A stretch of DNA of 64,000 bases from an uncultured Gammaproteobacteria bacterium (GTDB lineage: Bacteria > Patescibacteriota > Patescibacteriia > UBA9934 > CAMTUG01): contig CAZPQJ010000006.1 in NCBI GenBank assembly GCA_964588955.1, forward strand, positions 3,580 to 67,579. The letters run 5' to 3'. The notes beneath the pieces were generated by a model. It saw only the letters and a program-made list of their open reading frames with translations, did no database searches and had not been told where the DNA came from. Below, piece by piece: positions 42,843-53,900 of the stretch. Each line of letters opens with the position of its first letter. Positions within the stretch are counted from its first letter, which is position 1. The translations under genes and the position numbers were made by a program.

Positions 42843-43502
42843 TTAGTTGAACCAATCCCATCCGCTCTGTTGACGGGTAAAGAGAACAGCTTTTTTCCCA
42901 GCCAGATAATCGCGGGGATTTAAGTCGTGGATGGCGTTCATGAAGGTGTCGTAGGCGACGCGCAGACTTTCGCCGCTCGATCGACCAGGGTCGTTGATGA
43001 TGAAGACGCCATCCGTGTCGTCGTAACCTGTGAGCACGATCACGTGATAGTCCGCCCCTTCGGCAGCCGAGTAGGTGGAAGAAAGCGCTGGGGCGTAGAC
43101 GGGAACGATGATGGGATTATTTTGTGCCAGTTCGGTTTTCAAATCTTCCACGCTGGGATCATAAACGATCTCTGTTTTCCAGGGGAGTCCCAAGGCATCG
43201 ATCAATTGAGCGATTGATTGTAAGGATTCATCTTTACTTACCGTTAAATCTGTTTTCTTGACCGCTAGAATTTCTCGAATGTGTGTAATCGCATCCGCTT
43301 GTTTGATTTCGTCGCCGGCGTAAAAACTGGCAATCATGTAAATAGACGTTTCTTCACAAGCATTTTGCCACGGCTCCGACCAATCGCCAGAAGGCGCTTG
43401 CGAAGTGAATGGTACGTTGATCGTTGTTTCAGTCGGCAAGGTTTGACCGCATCCGCTAAGCAGGAGAGAGACAACCGCCAGTGAGGGGAAAAGATACTTC
43501 AT
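42843..43502 (-). CDS. lipoprotein, C39-like peptidase domain (paralog of 2096..3007)
   Basis: The lipobox is LLSGC. VPFTSQAPSGDWSEPWQNACEET and HVIVLTGYDD...MNAIHDLN align with the 2096..3007 product. Confidence 0.6.
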   Translation of the reverse strand: MKYLFPSLAVVSLLLSGCGQTLPTETTINVPFTSQAPSGDWSEPWQNACEETSIYMIASFYAGDEIKQADAITHIREILAVKKTDLTVSKDESLQSIAQLIDALGLPWKTEIVYDPSVEDLKTELAQNNPIIVPVYAPALSSTYSAAEGADYHVIVLTGYDDTDGVFIINDPGRSSGESLRVAYDTFMNAIHDLNPRDYLAGKKAVLFTRQQSGWDWFN

Positions 43503-43597
43503 ACAGGAGTCATCATACCGCGTGCATATCTTTTGTCGATTTTCTTTGCATCTTCCTGTATACTTCTTTGCAAGTGTTCAATGTTTTTTTCTTAATG

Positions 43598-46237
43598 GAT
43601 TGTATGCATCGCATGACCATGTTCCGTTTTGCCACCGTGCTCGGCGTGTTTGGATTATTCCTGTTTGTTGCGGGGCTGACACCGCATCAGGTTCGGGCGG
43701 TGGCCGGAGACGGAGCCACCAGCAACATTCGTTTGTTGGACACCGACGAAGATGGTTATCCCAACCGCATCACCTTTGATATTGCTAACCCCAACGGGGA
43801 AACGTGGACGCGCACCGGGGCCTCTCCATATGGATTGAGTGTGACCCAAGGCGGGGCGGCGATTACGATTAGTTCCGTGACGTTGACGACCGCCGCTACG
43901 GCAAACCCAGTGGGTATTCAAGTTGATTTGGATACAGGTGACGCGGATTTGGTGCAAAACACTGATGGTGTCAACGACAGCCCGATTGAGCTTATCTACA
44001 CGCAGCAGACGGGTGATCAAACGTGTACGACCTGTTTGACCGATACGGTTGATGAAGAGTTGAACACCATGGCGACGGGCGATAGTGGTGCCACGAACAC
44101 GGAAACGGATCATATGAATCCGGTGTTGACCGCCGCTCGCGTGACGCTTTCGAGCACGGTTGGTTTGGATTTTAATACCATTGCTTTGGATTACACGGAA
44201 CGCATGTTTATTTCCTTAGACGGCGATGGCGGGGTTGATTTGTCGCGCGCGGGAACCTTGCTAGGCGCGTCTACCGCCACGGTTGGAGCAATGACGACCG
44301 CAAGAACGCTTGCAGGTTTAGGTAGTTGGGGAGCAGGGAGTGGAGGAGATTTGGTTACAAGTGGCGCTACCGTGAATGAGGTGGTCACAGAAGTTGGTCA
44401 AAATAGCGTCGACGTGATCATGAACTTTTCCTCGGCAGGATATTTTTCTGCTGGTTCTGTTGCGCCGACCACGGCAACATTTACTCCAGTAGCCAATGCG
44501 TTGATTCTGTTCGATGCCGCGGGAAACGCCCAAACGACAAATCCCGTGACGATGTCTGTGACCGCGGGTTGGGATGTAACGGCACCAACCGTAGCCAACA
44601 CCTATTCCTGCGATCCTTCGTTGACCGGAAAGATTCAGCGCATGCAGGTGAACTTTAGTGAAGAGATTTTTGATTCCGCGTTGGCTGTAGGGATTTTGGA
44701 AGCAGATAATGACACCACCAACGACGGTACGGGTGAAGAAACGGCGGCGAGCCTATCTACGGAAACTGGCGGCTGTGATGGTGCAGCCAACGACACAGAT
44801 ACCAATGATGAAAAAATGCGTTTCGATGTGACGACGGGAATTGCCGGCACTGATTTGGCCTACTTCAATTATACGGGCAACACTTCGAACTTTGTGCGCG
44901 ACGGAGCAGGTAATCGATTGGTGAACGGGGCCGCTCTTGGTACGGAAAACGATAAGGCTGTTCCGCTCTTGAGCGCTTCCACCCCCGTTGACGGGGCAAC
45001 ATCTGTTTCTCGTTCGGGCTCAATCGTTCTTACCTTTACAGAACCAATGGATACGGGATCATTCAGCGGAAGTCTTTCCTCTTTTAGTGGTACATTTACA
45101 AGCGCTTGGGCGAGTGGAAGTAATGGAAGTAACTCCGTGTTGACCTTGTCGCACGCGGCGCAGTTTGTTTCCGGAAGTCATACCTATACGATTGCTGCCG
45201 CACCAGACGTGAGTGCAAACGCATTTGGTGGGGCCACGAGCACTGCGGATGAACCGTTCTCTTTCCGCGTACGGGCTGCCAGTTCCTCTAGCGGCAGCAG
45301 TTCCGGATCAGTAACATCGACCACGCCAACAATCACCCTTGACGACGTTTCTCCCGCCCCTGTTGGCGGCGAAGAAGAAACGCTCGCTTGGACCATTGGT
45401 GGGTCGGGCGCGCGCACGATTCATTTGGATTACAGCCTCGACGAGGGGGACACGTACATCGACATTATTGATAATCTTTCCACTACGGAAACGTCGTATG
45501 TATGGACGGTTCCTGTGGTGTTAACGGCTGACGCGATTGTTCGCGCTCGGGTTCTTGATAGCGGCAAGGCGGTGATTGCCACCGATACGACGGAACCATT
45601 TGCGATTGTGATGTTAGCGAGCTCGAGCACAGACGCGGAAGATGAAGAAACAGACACGGAAACCGATAGCGATACCTCTTGCCCCTTGGCCACAAGCGCT
45701 GATTTCACCAAAGACGCCTGGGGAAACCGTTGGGCTAACGACGCGGACGAACAAGGTGTTTCCCCGTTTGACGGTTCGACCGAGAACATTTCTTCGGTAG
45801 TCTGTGGATGGTTTGTGCGCGGCGAGCACTACGCCACAGTGTACTATCTTGCTGCCGACGGCACTCGTCGAGCCTTTTGGAACGCGGCAACCTTCTTAAC
45901 CTACGGAGGGGATTGGAGTGATGTGGTGTGGGTAACGGATGCCACTCTTGCCACCATGCGCCTTGGACAACCCATGTTACCGAAAGCAGGCACGGTGTTT
46001 GTAAAAACGCCGTCGAGCCCCTCCGTGTATTGGGTCACCGATGACGGATCCGGTCCTGTGTTGCACAACATTCGTTCCGAAGAAGACGCGCGTTCCGCCT
46101 TTGGCAGCGCCTGGGCCGACAGCGTGATTGATTTGGACGCTTCGCAATTCACGCACTACACGCACGGTGACGACTTTGATCCTTCAGAATCGGTGGATGT
46201 TTCCGCGATGCGATCACGTTCTTCCCTTTTCGAGTAA
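43598..46237 (+). CDS. large secreted/surface protein (~880 aa), Thr/Ser/Gly-rich with Ig-like regions
   Basis: It has a signal/TM (MTMFRFATVLGVFGLFLFVAGL), low-complexity T/S/G/A-rich domains and poly-Ser linkers. It is divergent from the C39-like lipoprotein gene. The start is set at an internal Met to avoid overlap with the divergent gene. Confidence 0.55.
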   Translation, partial: DCMHRMTMFRFATVLGVFGLFLFVAGLTPHQVRAVAGDGATSNIRLLDTDEDGYPNRITFDIANPNGETWTRTGASPYGLSVTQGGAAITISSVTLTTAATANPVGIQVDLDTGDADLVQNTDGVNDSPIELIYTQQTGDQTCTTCLTDTVDEELNTMATGDSGATNTETDHMNPVLTAARVTLSSTVGLDFNTIALDYTERMFISLDGDGGVDLSRAGTLLGASTATVGAMTTARTLAGLGSWGAGSGGDLVTSGATVNEVVTEVGQNSVDVIMNFSSAGYFSAGSVAPTTATFTPVANALILFDAAGNAQTTNPVTMSVTAGWDVTAPTVANTYSCDPSLTGKIQRMQVNFSEEIFDSALAVGILEADNDTTNDGTGEETAASLSTETGGCDGAANDTDTNDEKMRFDVTTGIAGTDLAYFNYTGNTSNFVRDGAGNRLVNGAALGTENDKAVPLLSASTPVDGATSVSRSGSIVLTFTEPMDTGSFSGSLSSFSGTFTSAWASGSNGSNSVLTLSHAAQFVSGSHTYTIAAAPDVSANAFGGATSTADEPFSFRVRAASSSSGSSSGSVTSTTPTITLDDVSPAPVGGEEETLAWTIGGSGARTIHLDYSLDEGDTYIDIIDNLSTTETSYVWTVPVVLTADAIVRARVLDSGKAVIATDTTEPFAIVMLASSSTDAEDEETDTETDSDTSCPLATSADFTKDAWGNRWANDADEQGVSPFDGSTENISSVVCGWFVRGEHYATVYYLAADGTRRAFWNAATFLTYGGDWSDVVWVTDATLATMRLGQPMLPKAGTVFVKTPSSPSVYWVTDDGSGPVLHNIRSEEDARSAFGSAWADSVIDLDASQFTHYTHGDDFDPSESVDVSAMRSRSSLFE

Positions 46238-46254
46238 TCCAGGAAAAAGACAAA

Positions 46255-46287
46255 ACGACACCCATACGCGGGTGTCGTTTTGGTTTT
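46255..46287. terminator. bidirectional rho-independent terminator
   Basis: aaaacgacacccatacgcgggtgtcgttttggtttt lies between convergent genes. Confidence 0.5.
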
Positions 46288-46292
46288 GCTTG

Positions 46293-46850
46293 CTAGGTAT
46301 CTGATTGTTCGGCGAGCAACGTAGCAAATTGTTTTTTGGCTTTTTCCAGTTTGGGATTGATGACGATTTGGCAATAGGGGGCGTTAGGGTTTTGTTGAAA
46401 GTAATTTTGGTGATAGTCCGCGGCAGGATAAAAGGCGTTGAGCGGTTTCACTTCCGTCACAATGGGTTTACCCGCCTCGGTAGAAGCGTTGAGTTCGGCA
46501 ATGAAGCGTTCGGCCGCTGCTTTCTGTTGTTCGGTGGTATAAAAAATCGCCGAGCGATATTCTTCGCCAACGTCGTGCCCTTGGCGGTTGAGCGACGTTG
46601 GATCATGGCTTGAAAAAAAGACGCTCAACAGATCATCAAGGCTAATCACGTGCGGATCATATTCCAAGCGAATGACTTCCGCGTGCCCGGTGGTTCCGCT
46701 GTAGACTTGGGTGTCTGTGGGGTGAGGCGTGGATCCTCCGGCGTAACCAGCGGTGACGGAAACGACGCCGCGGATCATCTTAAACACCGCCTCGGTGCAC
46801 CAAAAACATCCGCCGCCAAGCACGATCGTTTCTGTTTGTGTGTTGGTCAT
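46293..46850 (-). CDS. msrA: peptide methionine-S-sulfoxide reductase
   Basis: The active site is GGGCFWCTEAVF, followed by ...GYAGG...HDPT. Confidence 0.85.
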   Translation of the reverse strand: MTNTQTETIVLGGGCFWCTEAVFKMIRGVVSVTAGYAGGSTPHPTDTQVYSGTTGHAEVIRLEYDPHVISLDDLLSVFFSSHDPTSLNRQGHDVGEEYRSAIFYTTEQQKAAAERFIAELNASTEAGKPIVTEVKPLNAFYPAADYHQNYFQQNPNAPYCQIVINPKLEKAKKQFATLLAEQSDT

Positions 46851-46958
46851 AAAATAGATGAAAAGCGGGTAGAGTCAGTATAAAGCATCTTTGCGCATTG
46901 GCCAAAATGAAACCGCCCACCAGAGTGAGCCAGCGGGCGGCTCGCGATCCCGAGGGGA

Positions 46959-48506
46959 TCAGAGGTGGGCGGAAGATTTCTCAGTGGGAAGTCGACGGTT
47001 GTCGCAGCGGCCGCGACTGGCGAAGTCGTGCCAGATTTGTTCGCGTGTTGCGTCCATCGTACTGCCGATGTAGTAGAAGTGTCGGACGTTCTTGAGGCGT
47101 TTGCTGAGCATTTGCCAGTCGGCGAGCTTGCCGCACATGTCGGTGGTGGGCGCTTCGCGGTGCTGGTAGATGGCGAGAAGGATGACGTAGTTGGTGAAGA
47201 GCCGGAATTCATCCGGGGTCTTACCGTCCAGCTGCCATTCGCTCGCCAAACGCATCTCTTCATCCAGCAAGACGCTTTCTGCGGTGTAGAAGGGCACGCG
47301 ATCAATGCTGCTCTTCACCCACATACCGCTCGCGCAAAGGGCGAGGGCGCTGAGAACGTAGGCGTACGTATTGATACGGGAGGTGGGAATGTGTTCCTTC
47401 AGGAGAGGGGCGGTGGCGTTGAACCAGATGGCGGCGACGGTCATGGTACAGATCGCGGGCATCAGGCAGTAACGAACACCAATTGCGGCATTGTGCATGG
47501 CGTAGAGGGTTCCGGGCAGGTTGCCAAGAATCCAGCCAGCCGCGATTCCGGCGAGCCCGAGCGACAGGCGACGATTGGTACTCCACATGGCTCCGGCTGC
47601 GATCAAGACAGCGCCAGTTCCGACGTAACCGAGCGTGGCAATGTGCCAAACAATACTGTCGGGTACATAGACCATCCGCGAGTAACGCGGTCCGATCGTT
47701 TGTCCGATTTGAAAGAGCTGGGTTCCGAGTTGGGCGCAGAAGAGCGCGATGTTCTGCGGGTCCTGGATGAGGCGTCCAAGCGCCAAGCGGACGACCGGAA
47801 TCGGCATGATCGACGCGTAGAGGCACCAGTGGATCACAGCTCCCACGCCTGCCGCGCATCCGATCGTGAGAACCGCGCGCTTGGGTTGTCCGAGAAGGAG
47901 AACCACGACGGGAAACCACAGGCCGTTGATCGTTGCCGTCGGTTTGGCAAAGCCCGCGCACAGGGTGAAGGCGAGCGCGGTAAGCGCCATGCCACGAGGG
48001 GTGTTGCGCGACGTGAGCACGTTGAGTCCGATGATCAGCAGAAACGTACCGAGAATGTCGGACAGATCCGACGCCCAGGGAACGCTATCGGCGAACAGTG
48101 GATGGGTGGCAACGAGGGTGGCGCACCCCAGACTGTAGACCGGCTTGCCGCTCACCCGTTTCACGCAGGCGTAGACACCGAAGATCGTTCCGATGAATAC
48201 GCCGACGTTGAGCAGGCGAAACGGAACGATGCTCGTACGTCCGAACATCCAGGCCGTCAGATCGTGCAAGGTTGCCGCGAGCGGCGACCAAGGCACCGGA
48301 TTGCGGGCATACCCCGGAACCGTATAGGTCCCCGCGGACCATTCCTGCAAAATGCGCGAGAGCGGATGGGGATCGTTTGTGGGGGCGATGATGGCCGTGA
48401 CGTCGTCGAGCACGCCGCTCGGAACCGCGGTGTAGGCACCGGCGGCGTAGACACAGACGATACAGACGAGCACCAGCCAACAAAACCGGGTGGCATTCTT
48501 GGACAC
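46959..48506 (-). CDS. polytopic membrane protein, GT-C-type glycosyltransferase-like (ArnT/PMT-like)
   Basis: It has ~12 hydrophobic helices and an early extracytoplasmic loop with acidic residues. The opposite-strand 519-aa ORF is R/G/D-rich junk. The family call is tentative. Confidence 0.5.
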   Translation of the reverse strand: MSKNATRFCWLVLVCIVCVYAAGAYTAVPSGVLDDVTAIIAPTNDPHPLSRILQEWSAGTYTVPGYARNPVPWSPLAATLHDLTAWMFGRTSIVPFRLLNVGVFIGTIFGVYACVKRVSGKPVYSLGCATLVATHPLFADSVPWASDLSDILGTFLLIIGLNVLTSRNTPRGMALTALAFTLCAGFAKPTATINGLWFPVVVLLLGQPKRAVLTIGCAAGVGAVIHWCLYASIMPIPVVRLALGRLIQDPQNIALFCAQLGTQLFQIGQTIGPRYSRMVYVPDSIVWHIATLGYVGTGAVLIAAGAMWSTNRRLSLGLAGIAAGWILGNLPGTLYAMHNAAIGVRYCLMPAICTMTVAAIWFNATAPLLKEHIPTSRINTYAYVLSALALCASGMWVKSSIDRVPFYTAESVLLDEEMRLASEWQLDGKTPDEFRLFTNYVILLAIYQHREAPTTDMCGKLADWQMLSKRLKNVRHFYYIGSTMDATREQIWHDFASRGRCDNRRLPTEKSSAHL

Positions 48507-48646
48507 GGAACCTCCGAACAGTAAGGGAATTTTACCTTATCAACTTTTTCCTCATCTGGCAACAGTGAGGGGTGAGGGGGCGAGTGCGACGTCCTCTTTT
48601 TTCTGGTACAGTTCTCTTAAGTTGTAAATAGGATAATCTTTTTTCT

Positions 48647-48868
48647 ATGGCAGACGACTTTGACCGCGATCAGGCAGGGGAGCGGCACCGGGCGGTGATT
48701 CAGGAAGCGCAGCGTATTCGCGACGGGATCACGACAGATGTGATCGATTATTATTACAACGCACCGGAGTCCGAGGAACAGGATCGCGAGTATCGGGAGG
48801 GTATGCGCAAATTTTTACGCATCGCCGCCGAGCGGATCGATGCGTTGTTACAAGGAAGACTTGGGTAG
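48647..48868 (+). CDS. hypothetical small protein (73 aa)
   Basis: It is acidic and followed by a terminator, and coding status is uncertain. Confidence 0.25.
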   Translation: MADDFDRDQAGERHRAVIQEAQRIRDGITTDVIDYYYNAPESEEQDREYREGMRKFLRIAAERIDALLQGRLG

Positions 48869-48875
48869 TAAAACA

Positions 48876-48908
48876 AAAAACGGCGCTTAGCAATAAGTGC
48901 CGTTTTTG
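48876..48908. terminator. bidirectional rho-independent terminator
   Basis: aaaaaacggcgcttagcaataagtgccgtttttg. The stem includes the stop codon of the minus-strand gene. Confidence 0.5.
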
Positions 48909-49891
48909 TAGATGGTCTCTCCATCAATCTGTACCGTTTCCACATCGACAAAGACGTCTACGTGGTAGCGGCTTTGGCGTTTGGGAAATCCTGGCTTGCC
49001 GTAAATGGTATGTTTTTGTCCAAGAGAAAGGTGAATACCGCACATCCGTTCGTAACTGCCGATGTCGGTGAGTCGTCGGTTTTTCGTAAGAGCGCGGTTC
49101 ATACCGAATCCTAATTCACGCACCCACAGTGGTTCAGTGGCCGAGATTTGATCAAGCACGGCTTGAAAGGCGGGGGTTGGATTGATGACGTTACTGATGA
49201 GTCCGTTGGTAATCTCGACTTCGATTGGTTCTTCGGGAACAATCACTCGGAATCCCGCGTCACCAAAGGCGAATAACTTGACGCGCCCGTTTACCTGAGC
49301 GATATCGGCCGCTTCGGTGAACACTTCGCCAATGGGAAATTGTCCGCCAACGTTTTTCATGGCGCGGTAATCGCCGATGTTTAACTTGGCCGGCTCGAAG
49401 GGGGCTTGATAGACAAGTTCCGTTCCGGCGCAGGCGACAATGATCTGTTTGGCATTGTCGATTTTAGATTTGATGGTCGGACCAAGCGTACGATAGTAAT
49501 CGGCGTCGTAAGCCAAAGAATCGATATAGGTCACAATTTCGTCATCGGGCATGCGGCCGAGGTGTGGATGTTCAATCGTAGCGAGTGAACGGGTAAATAA
49601 CTCCAAGCGAAAACGGAATTCATTCAAACGAAAACTGGTCGATTGCACCAGCACCACTAAATCTCCGGCAGACAGCGCTTCGATCGCGCCGCGCACATCT
49701 CCTGGGGAAGCTTCCGAGAAATCGATCATCTGCGCCTGCGGCAACACTGTTCGATAGCCCTCGGTTAACAGATTGGCTAGCGGAGACAAGGTGTCGTACA
49801 CAACCAGCGCCCGCTTTTCTTGTGTGTATCCAATCGCCGAAAAAACCGTGTCGTGCAGATTTTTGGCAGTCGTGTTTTTGAGATCTATCAT
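48887..49891 (-). CDS. aminopeptidase-like protein (M29/AmpS-like), tentative
   Basis: The 334-aa soluble protein has the overall size and pattern of thermophilic-type aminopeptidases. The family assignment is tentative. Confidence 0.4.
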   Translation of the reverse strand: MIDLKNTTAKNLHDTVFSAIGYTQEKRALVVYDTLSPLANLLTEGYRTVLPQAQMIDFSEASPGDVRGAIEALSAGDLVVLVQSTSFRLNEFRFRLELFTRSLATIEHPHLGRMPDDEIVTYIDSLAYDADYYRTLGPTIKSKIDNAKQIIVACAGTELVYQAPFEPAKLNIGDYRAMKNVGGQFPIGEVFTEAADIAQVNGRVKLFAFGDAGFRVIVPEEPIEVEITNGLISNVINPTPAFQAVLDQISATEPLWVRELGFGMNRALTKNRRLTDIGSYERMCGIHLSLGQKHTIYGKPGFPKRQSRYHVDVFVDVETVQIDGETIYKNGTYC

Positions 49892-49972
49892 AACGCCGGG
49901 ATGGTAGCGTGTTTGCAGGGGAAAATCAACCGCCTTGTATTATCTGCGTCATTTTCTTGCTATACTCATTTT

Positions 49973-50485
49973 ATGTCTATGCAAAAAAGAACCTTTTATG
50001 GATTCCTTGGGATCGTGATTCTCGTTTTGGCTCTTGGGTCGTTGCTGTTGTTACGGGTGACGACACGGCAAACGGCATTGCCTGTAACTCCACCGGCAGA
50101 TTTTCTTCTCACCTGGAGCGAGGGAGGGGGAATGGAGCAGTCGGGTTCGACGGTCGTGCTCAACGGACACCAAGGTACGGTCGAGACATGGAATTCTGAG
50201 AACGCGGCGCAACAGAAAACAACATCAACGTTTACGTTAAGCGATCAAGAATTCGCCGAGCTGTATGCCTTTTTGCGATCGCGTGCCGCCGACACCGTTG
50301 GACAAGACGTGTCATCGCGGATCTTTGATGGCGACAATGCAGGGTATGACCTTTCATGGGATGACCGCAACGTACACGTGTGGGGAATGATTGTTCCTCA
50401 AGTGGATGTGCAACGGTACAGAGATGTTTATATGTATCTTAGTCAACTGTTTGCAAAAAAGGTTTCCGTTGGTTCATCATCTTAA
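49973..50485 (+). CDS. membrane-anchored hypothetical protein
   Basis: MSMQKRTFYGFLGIVILVLALGSLLLL has an N-terminal TM. The start is set at an internal Met because the track ORF overlaps the divergent gene. Confidence 0.35.
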   Translation: MSMQKRTFYGFLGIVILVLALGSLLLLRVTTRQTALPVTPPADFLLTWSEGGGMEQSGSTVVLNGHQGTVETWNSENAAQQKTTSTFTLSDQEFAELYAFLRSRAADTVGQDVSSRIFDGDNAGYDLSWDDRNVHVWGMIVPQVDVQRYRDVYMYLSQLFAKKVSVGSSS

Positions 50486-50490
50486 CGTCT

Positions 50491-50841
50491 ATGAAGAAGA
50501 AATACTTTATCTTGAGCGTGGTGTCGATCCTGATGGTGATTGTCGCCGCGATACTGTTTTGGCCGCAACCGTTTCAGGGCACGTGGAAGCAATCTGGTGG
50601 CGACGGAGAATTTACCTGGTACCGTAATACAACGTACCAATGGCATCACTATCGCGCAGAAGGGTATCCATCGTTTAAAGAATCTGGGTGGTATTGGGTA
50701 GAAAAACACGATGGCAATATCTATACGCTCAAGGTATGGGTTGCTGGGGTCAACGGAGAGTCTGGACGCTGGGAACAACAAACGATTGAATTGACGGGAA
50801 AAGATCAAGCAAATCTTCAGGGATCAGCAGCGCAACGGTAA
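50491..50841 (+). CDS. membrane-anchored hypothetical protein (116 aa)
   Basis: An N-terminal TM is followed by a W/Y-rich domain. It lies directly upstream of the giant surface protein gene. Confidence 0.35.
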   Translation: MKKKYFILSVVSILMVIVAAILFWPQPFQGTWKQSGGDGEFTWYRNTTYQWHHYRAEGYPSFKESGWYWVEKHDGNIYTLKVWVAGVNGESGRWEQQTIELTGKDQANLQGSAAQR

Positions 50842-50939
50842 AGATTTCAGTTATCCACAAAAACAAAATAGCGCTGAGTATCGCGCAATTCTGTTTTTGT
50901 GTACAATAGTAACACTTTCTTAGTCCTGGCTTTGTTTTT

Positions 50940-53900
50940 ATGCTATCTTTTTTGCGTGGCAGAGGTTCTCAGCATATCGCGGGTGTCTTTTTCGTCTGCG
51001 TTTTTTTATTTTTTGGGAACTTGTTCTTTACCCATCAGGCCCATGCCGCGGTTGTTACCTGGACAGGTTTAGGGCTCGATGGACAATGGAATACCGGCAC
51101 GAACTGGAGCACGGGATCAAAACCAGCAGCAGCAGATACAGCGACTTTTGATGGAACCTGCGGAGTTAACTGTGCAGTAACCATCAACACCAACGTCAGT
51201 ATTACCGCCATTAACATGGCTTCTGGATACACGGGAACAATCACGCAAAGCAATACAAACACCGTGGCGTTAACGGGGTCGTTTACTCTTACGGCGGGAA
51301 CCTATGTGGGTTCGACGCAAACTTTATCGATTGCTACAACGTATACACAGACAGGAGGAACGTTTACAGGGGGTTCCGGAACGGTGACGCATACAGGGGC
51401 GTTTACCTTAAGCGGCGCGGGTGCTGTTTACACTGCTTCCAGCGGCACAACCATTTTTAGTAGTAACTTTACCCATTCAGCTGGTACGGGAACATTTACG
51501 CATAACAGCGGTTTGGTCAGTATTACCGGAGGAAGCACAAGGACATTTGATTTTGCTACCAGCGAAACGTTTGGTAGCGTTACTTTGAATAAAACAACGG
51601 CCACGAGTTTAACCATTGCTTCTGGTGACACCATGATCGTGACAGGCACGAGTACGCTTACGGACGGAAATCTTACGACTGGTACATGGGACGCACGGGG
51701 AACGACGAGTTGGGCCTCAACATTTGACGGTGGAACTGGGACGCTGCTCCTGGGAGGTTCGGCGGTTGTTGCAGCGACACTAAACTCCGGGAACACCGCT
51801 GTCAACTTGAGCATCACGAACGCCAACGTCACTGTTGATACCGCGGGTTCGGGAACAGTCGCGGTGGGCGCATTAACCATGTCTGCCGGTGTTCTGAACG
51901 CGAATGCGGCAACCATGACCTATTCTGGCGCCGTGGCACTCAGCGGGGGAACGTATAACGCGCCAACGTCCGGAGCAGGAACAACGACGTTTAGTTCGAC
52001 ATTTGACCAAACATTGACGGGTGTGTTTGCGGGCGGTACGAATGCAGTCACGCACACGGGTGCGTTTACGCTGAGCGGTGCGGGGGCGACCTATACGGCA
52101 ACAAGCGGTACAACAACATTTAGCGCGGGGTTTACACATACAGCCGGTACAGGCACATTCACTCACAATAATGGTTCCGTAAAGTTTTCCGGTTCAGCAT
52201 CAACCACCAACGTCGCTACAAGCGAAGCGTTTTATAACGTGGAGCTGGCGAAGAATAACGCTACCTTGTTGACTGTTTCTTCCGGAGATACTTTGGTGGT
52301 AAATAACACACTCACACTTACCAATGGTGGCTTTGGGACGGGAACCGTCGAGGCGCTTAATACGATTTCGTTGAACGCGGGTTGGGACGGGGGAGGCGGA
52401 ACGTTGTTAATTGATGGCGTCAATACGCAAACCCTTGCTCTCAACGGAGGTGGTGCGGCTATCGCGAGTACAGTTACCTTAAACAACGCGAATTTTACGT
52501 TTAGTGGTACCGGTGCTGGAACATTGACCTTTAGCGCCGTAAACCTCCAAGCTGGAACCATTGATGCCACGGGATACAGCATGACGTTTAGTGGCGCCTA
52601 TAACCAATCCGGCGGAACGTTTACGGGAGGAAGCGGAACGGTGACGCATTCCACGTTCACCCTTTCAAATGGTACATACACCGCAACAAGCGGTACAACA
52701 AACATTTCAACAACATGGACGCACTCAGCCGGAACATTTAATCACGGGAGCGGAACGATTTCTTCTACCGGCGGCACGTTCACCATGACAATTGTTGATC
52801 AAGACGTGTTTTATAACGCCACATTTACTGTAACGAATGCAAACACACGAACCATTTCTGGAGGAACGTTGATCGTTGCCAACACATTCTATTTCAGCAG
52901 CGGTGGCGGTGCGCTCACAGGAACGTTTGATCTGCGCGGTGACATTACGGGAGGTGGGACAACATTTCCTGGGACAAGAACTATCTCCATTACGGGAACT
53001 GCAGATCAAACGTGGAGTATTCCTTCTGGATTCAGTGGAACATTTACTGTTGATAAAAGTGCGGGGACAGTGAATCAAACAACCGCTATTACAACAGGAA
53101 CTTGGACCTTTACAGCAGGGACCTGGAACGCGAATGATTCCGGATTCACCCCTAACTCAACTTACACCCACAATGGAGGAACGATGAATTTTGGAGGATC
53201 CACGGTCACTTTAGGAAACTTTACTTTTTCCGCTGGGACAGTTAATGCGACAACGGCAACCATGACGGTTAATGGAAACTGGACGCACACAGCGGGCGGT
53301 ACGTTTAACCACAACAATGGAAGCGTGAGTATCTCTACGGGGACAACCGCTGTTGATGTCGCGAGCACAGAGACGTTTTATAATTTGACAGTATCTCCAT
53401 CGAGTACAAGAACGATTACGATTGCCAACGGTGATTCTTGTATCGTGTTAGGAACGCTTACGCTAAGTGGAAGCAATGGAACGATCGCACAAACAACAAA
53501 ACCAGCCGAGGGAAGTTTTCAATTATATGGCGACCTAACGTTAGGCGCGAGTTTTGCTAATGCGACGACAACATTTGGTTTTTATGGTAGCGCTACGCAG
53601 CACCTCACGGAGGGGGCTGCAAAGGCGATTGGAAATATTACCATTGATAAATCGGGCGGATCAGTCATTTTGGATTCTACGCTCGACGACGGGAATACCA
53701 TGACCGTAACGGTAACGAATGGGACGCTCGACCTGAATGGCAACGCCATCTCCATGAACGCCACGAGCTCAAAATTGATCATTAATGCGGGCGGCACGCT
53801 CAAACTTCAGGGTGGCGAAACGATCACCACCACGGGCGCCTCCTATCCACAATGGGACGCGGGAAGCACAATCTATTATTACGGTACGGGAGCCGCTTAT

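Noticed and set aside
46965-48524. 519-aa plus-strand ORF opposite the polytopic membrane protein gene
   Set aside because: It is rich in R/G/D/E/H, has no hydrophobic core pattern, and is fully antisense to a convincing 12-helix membrane protein on the minus strand.
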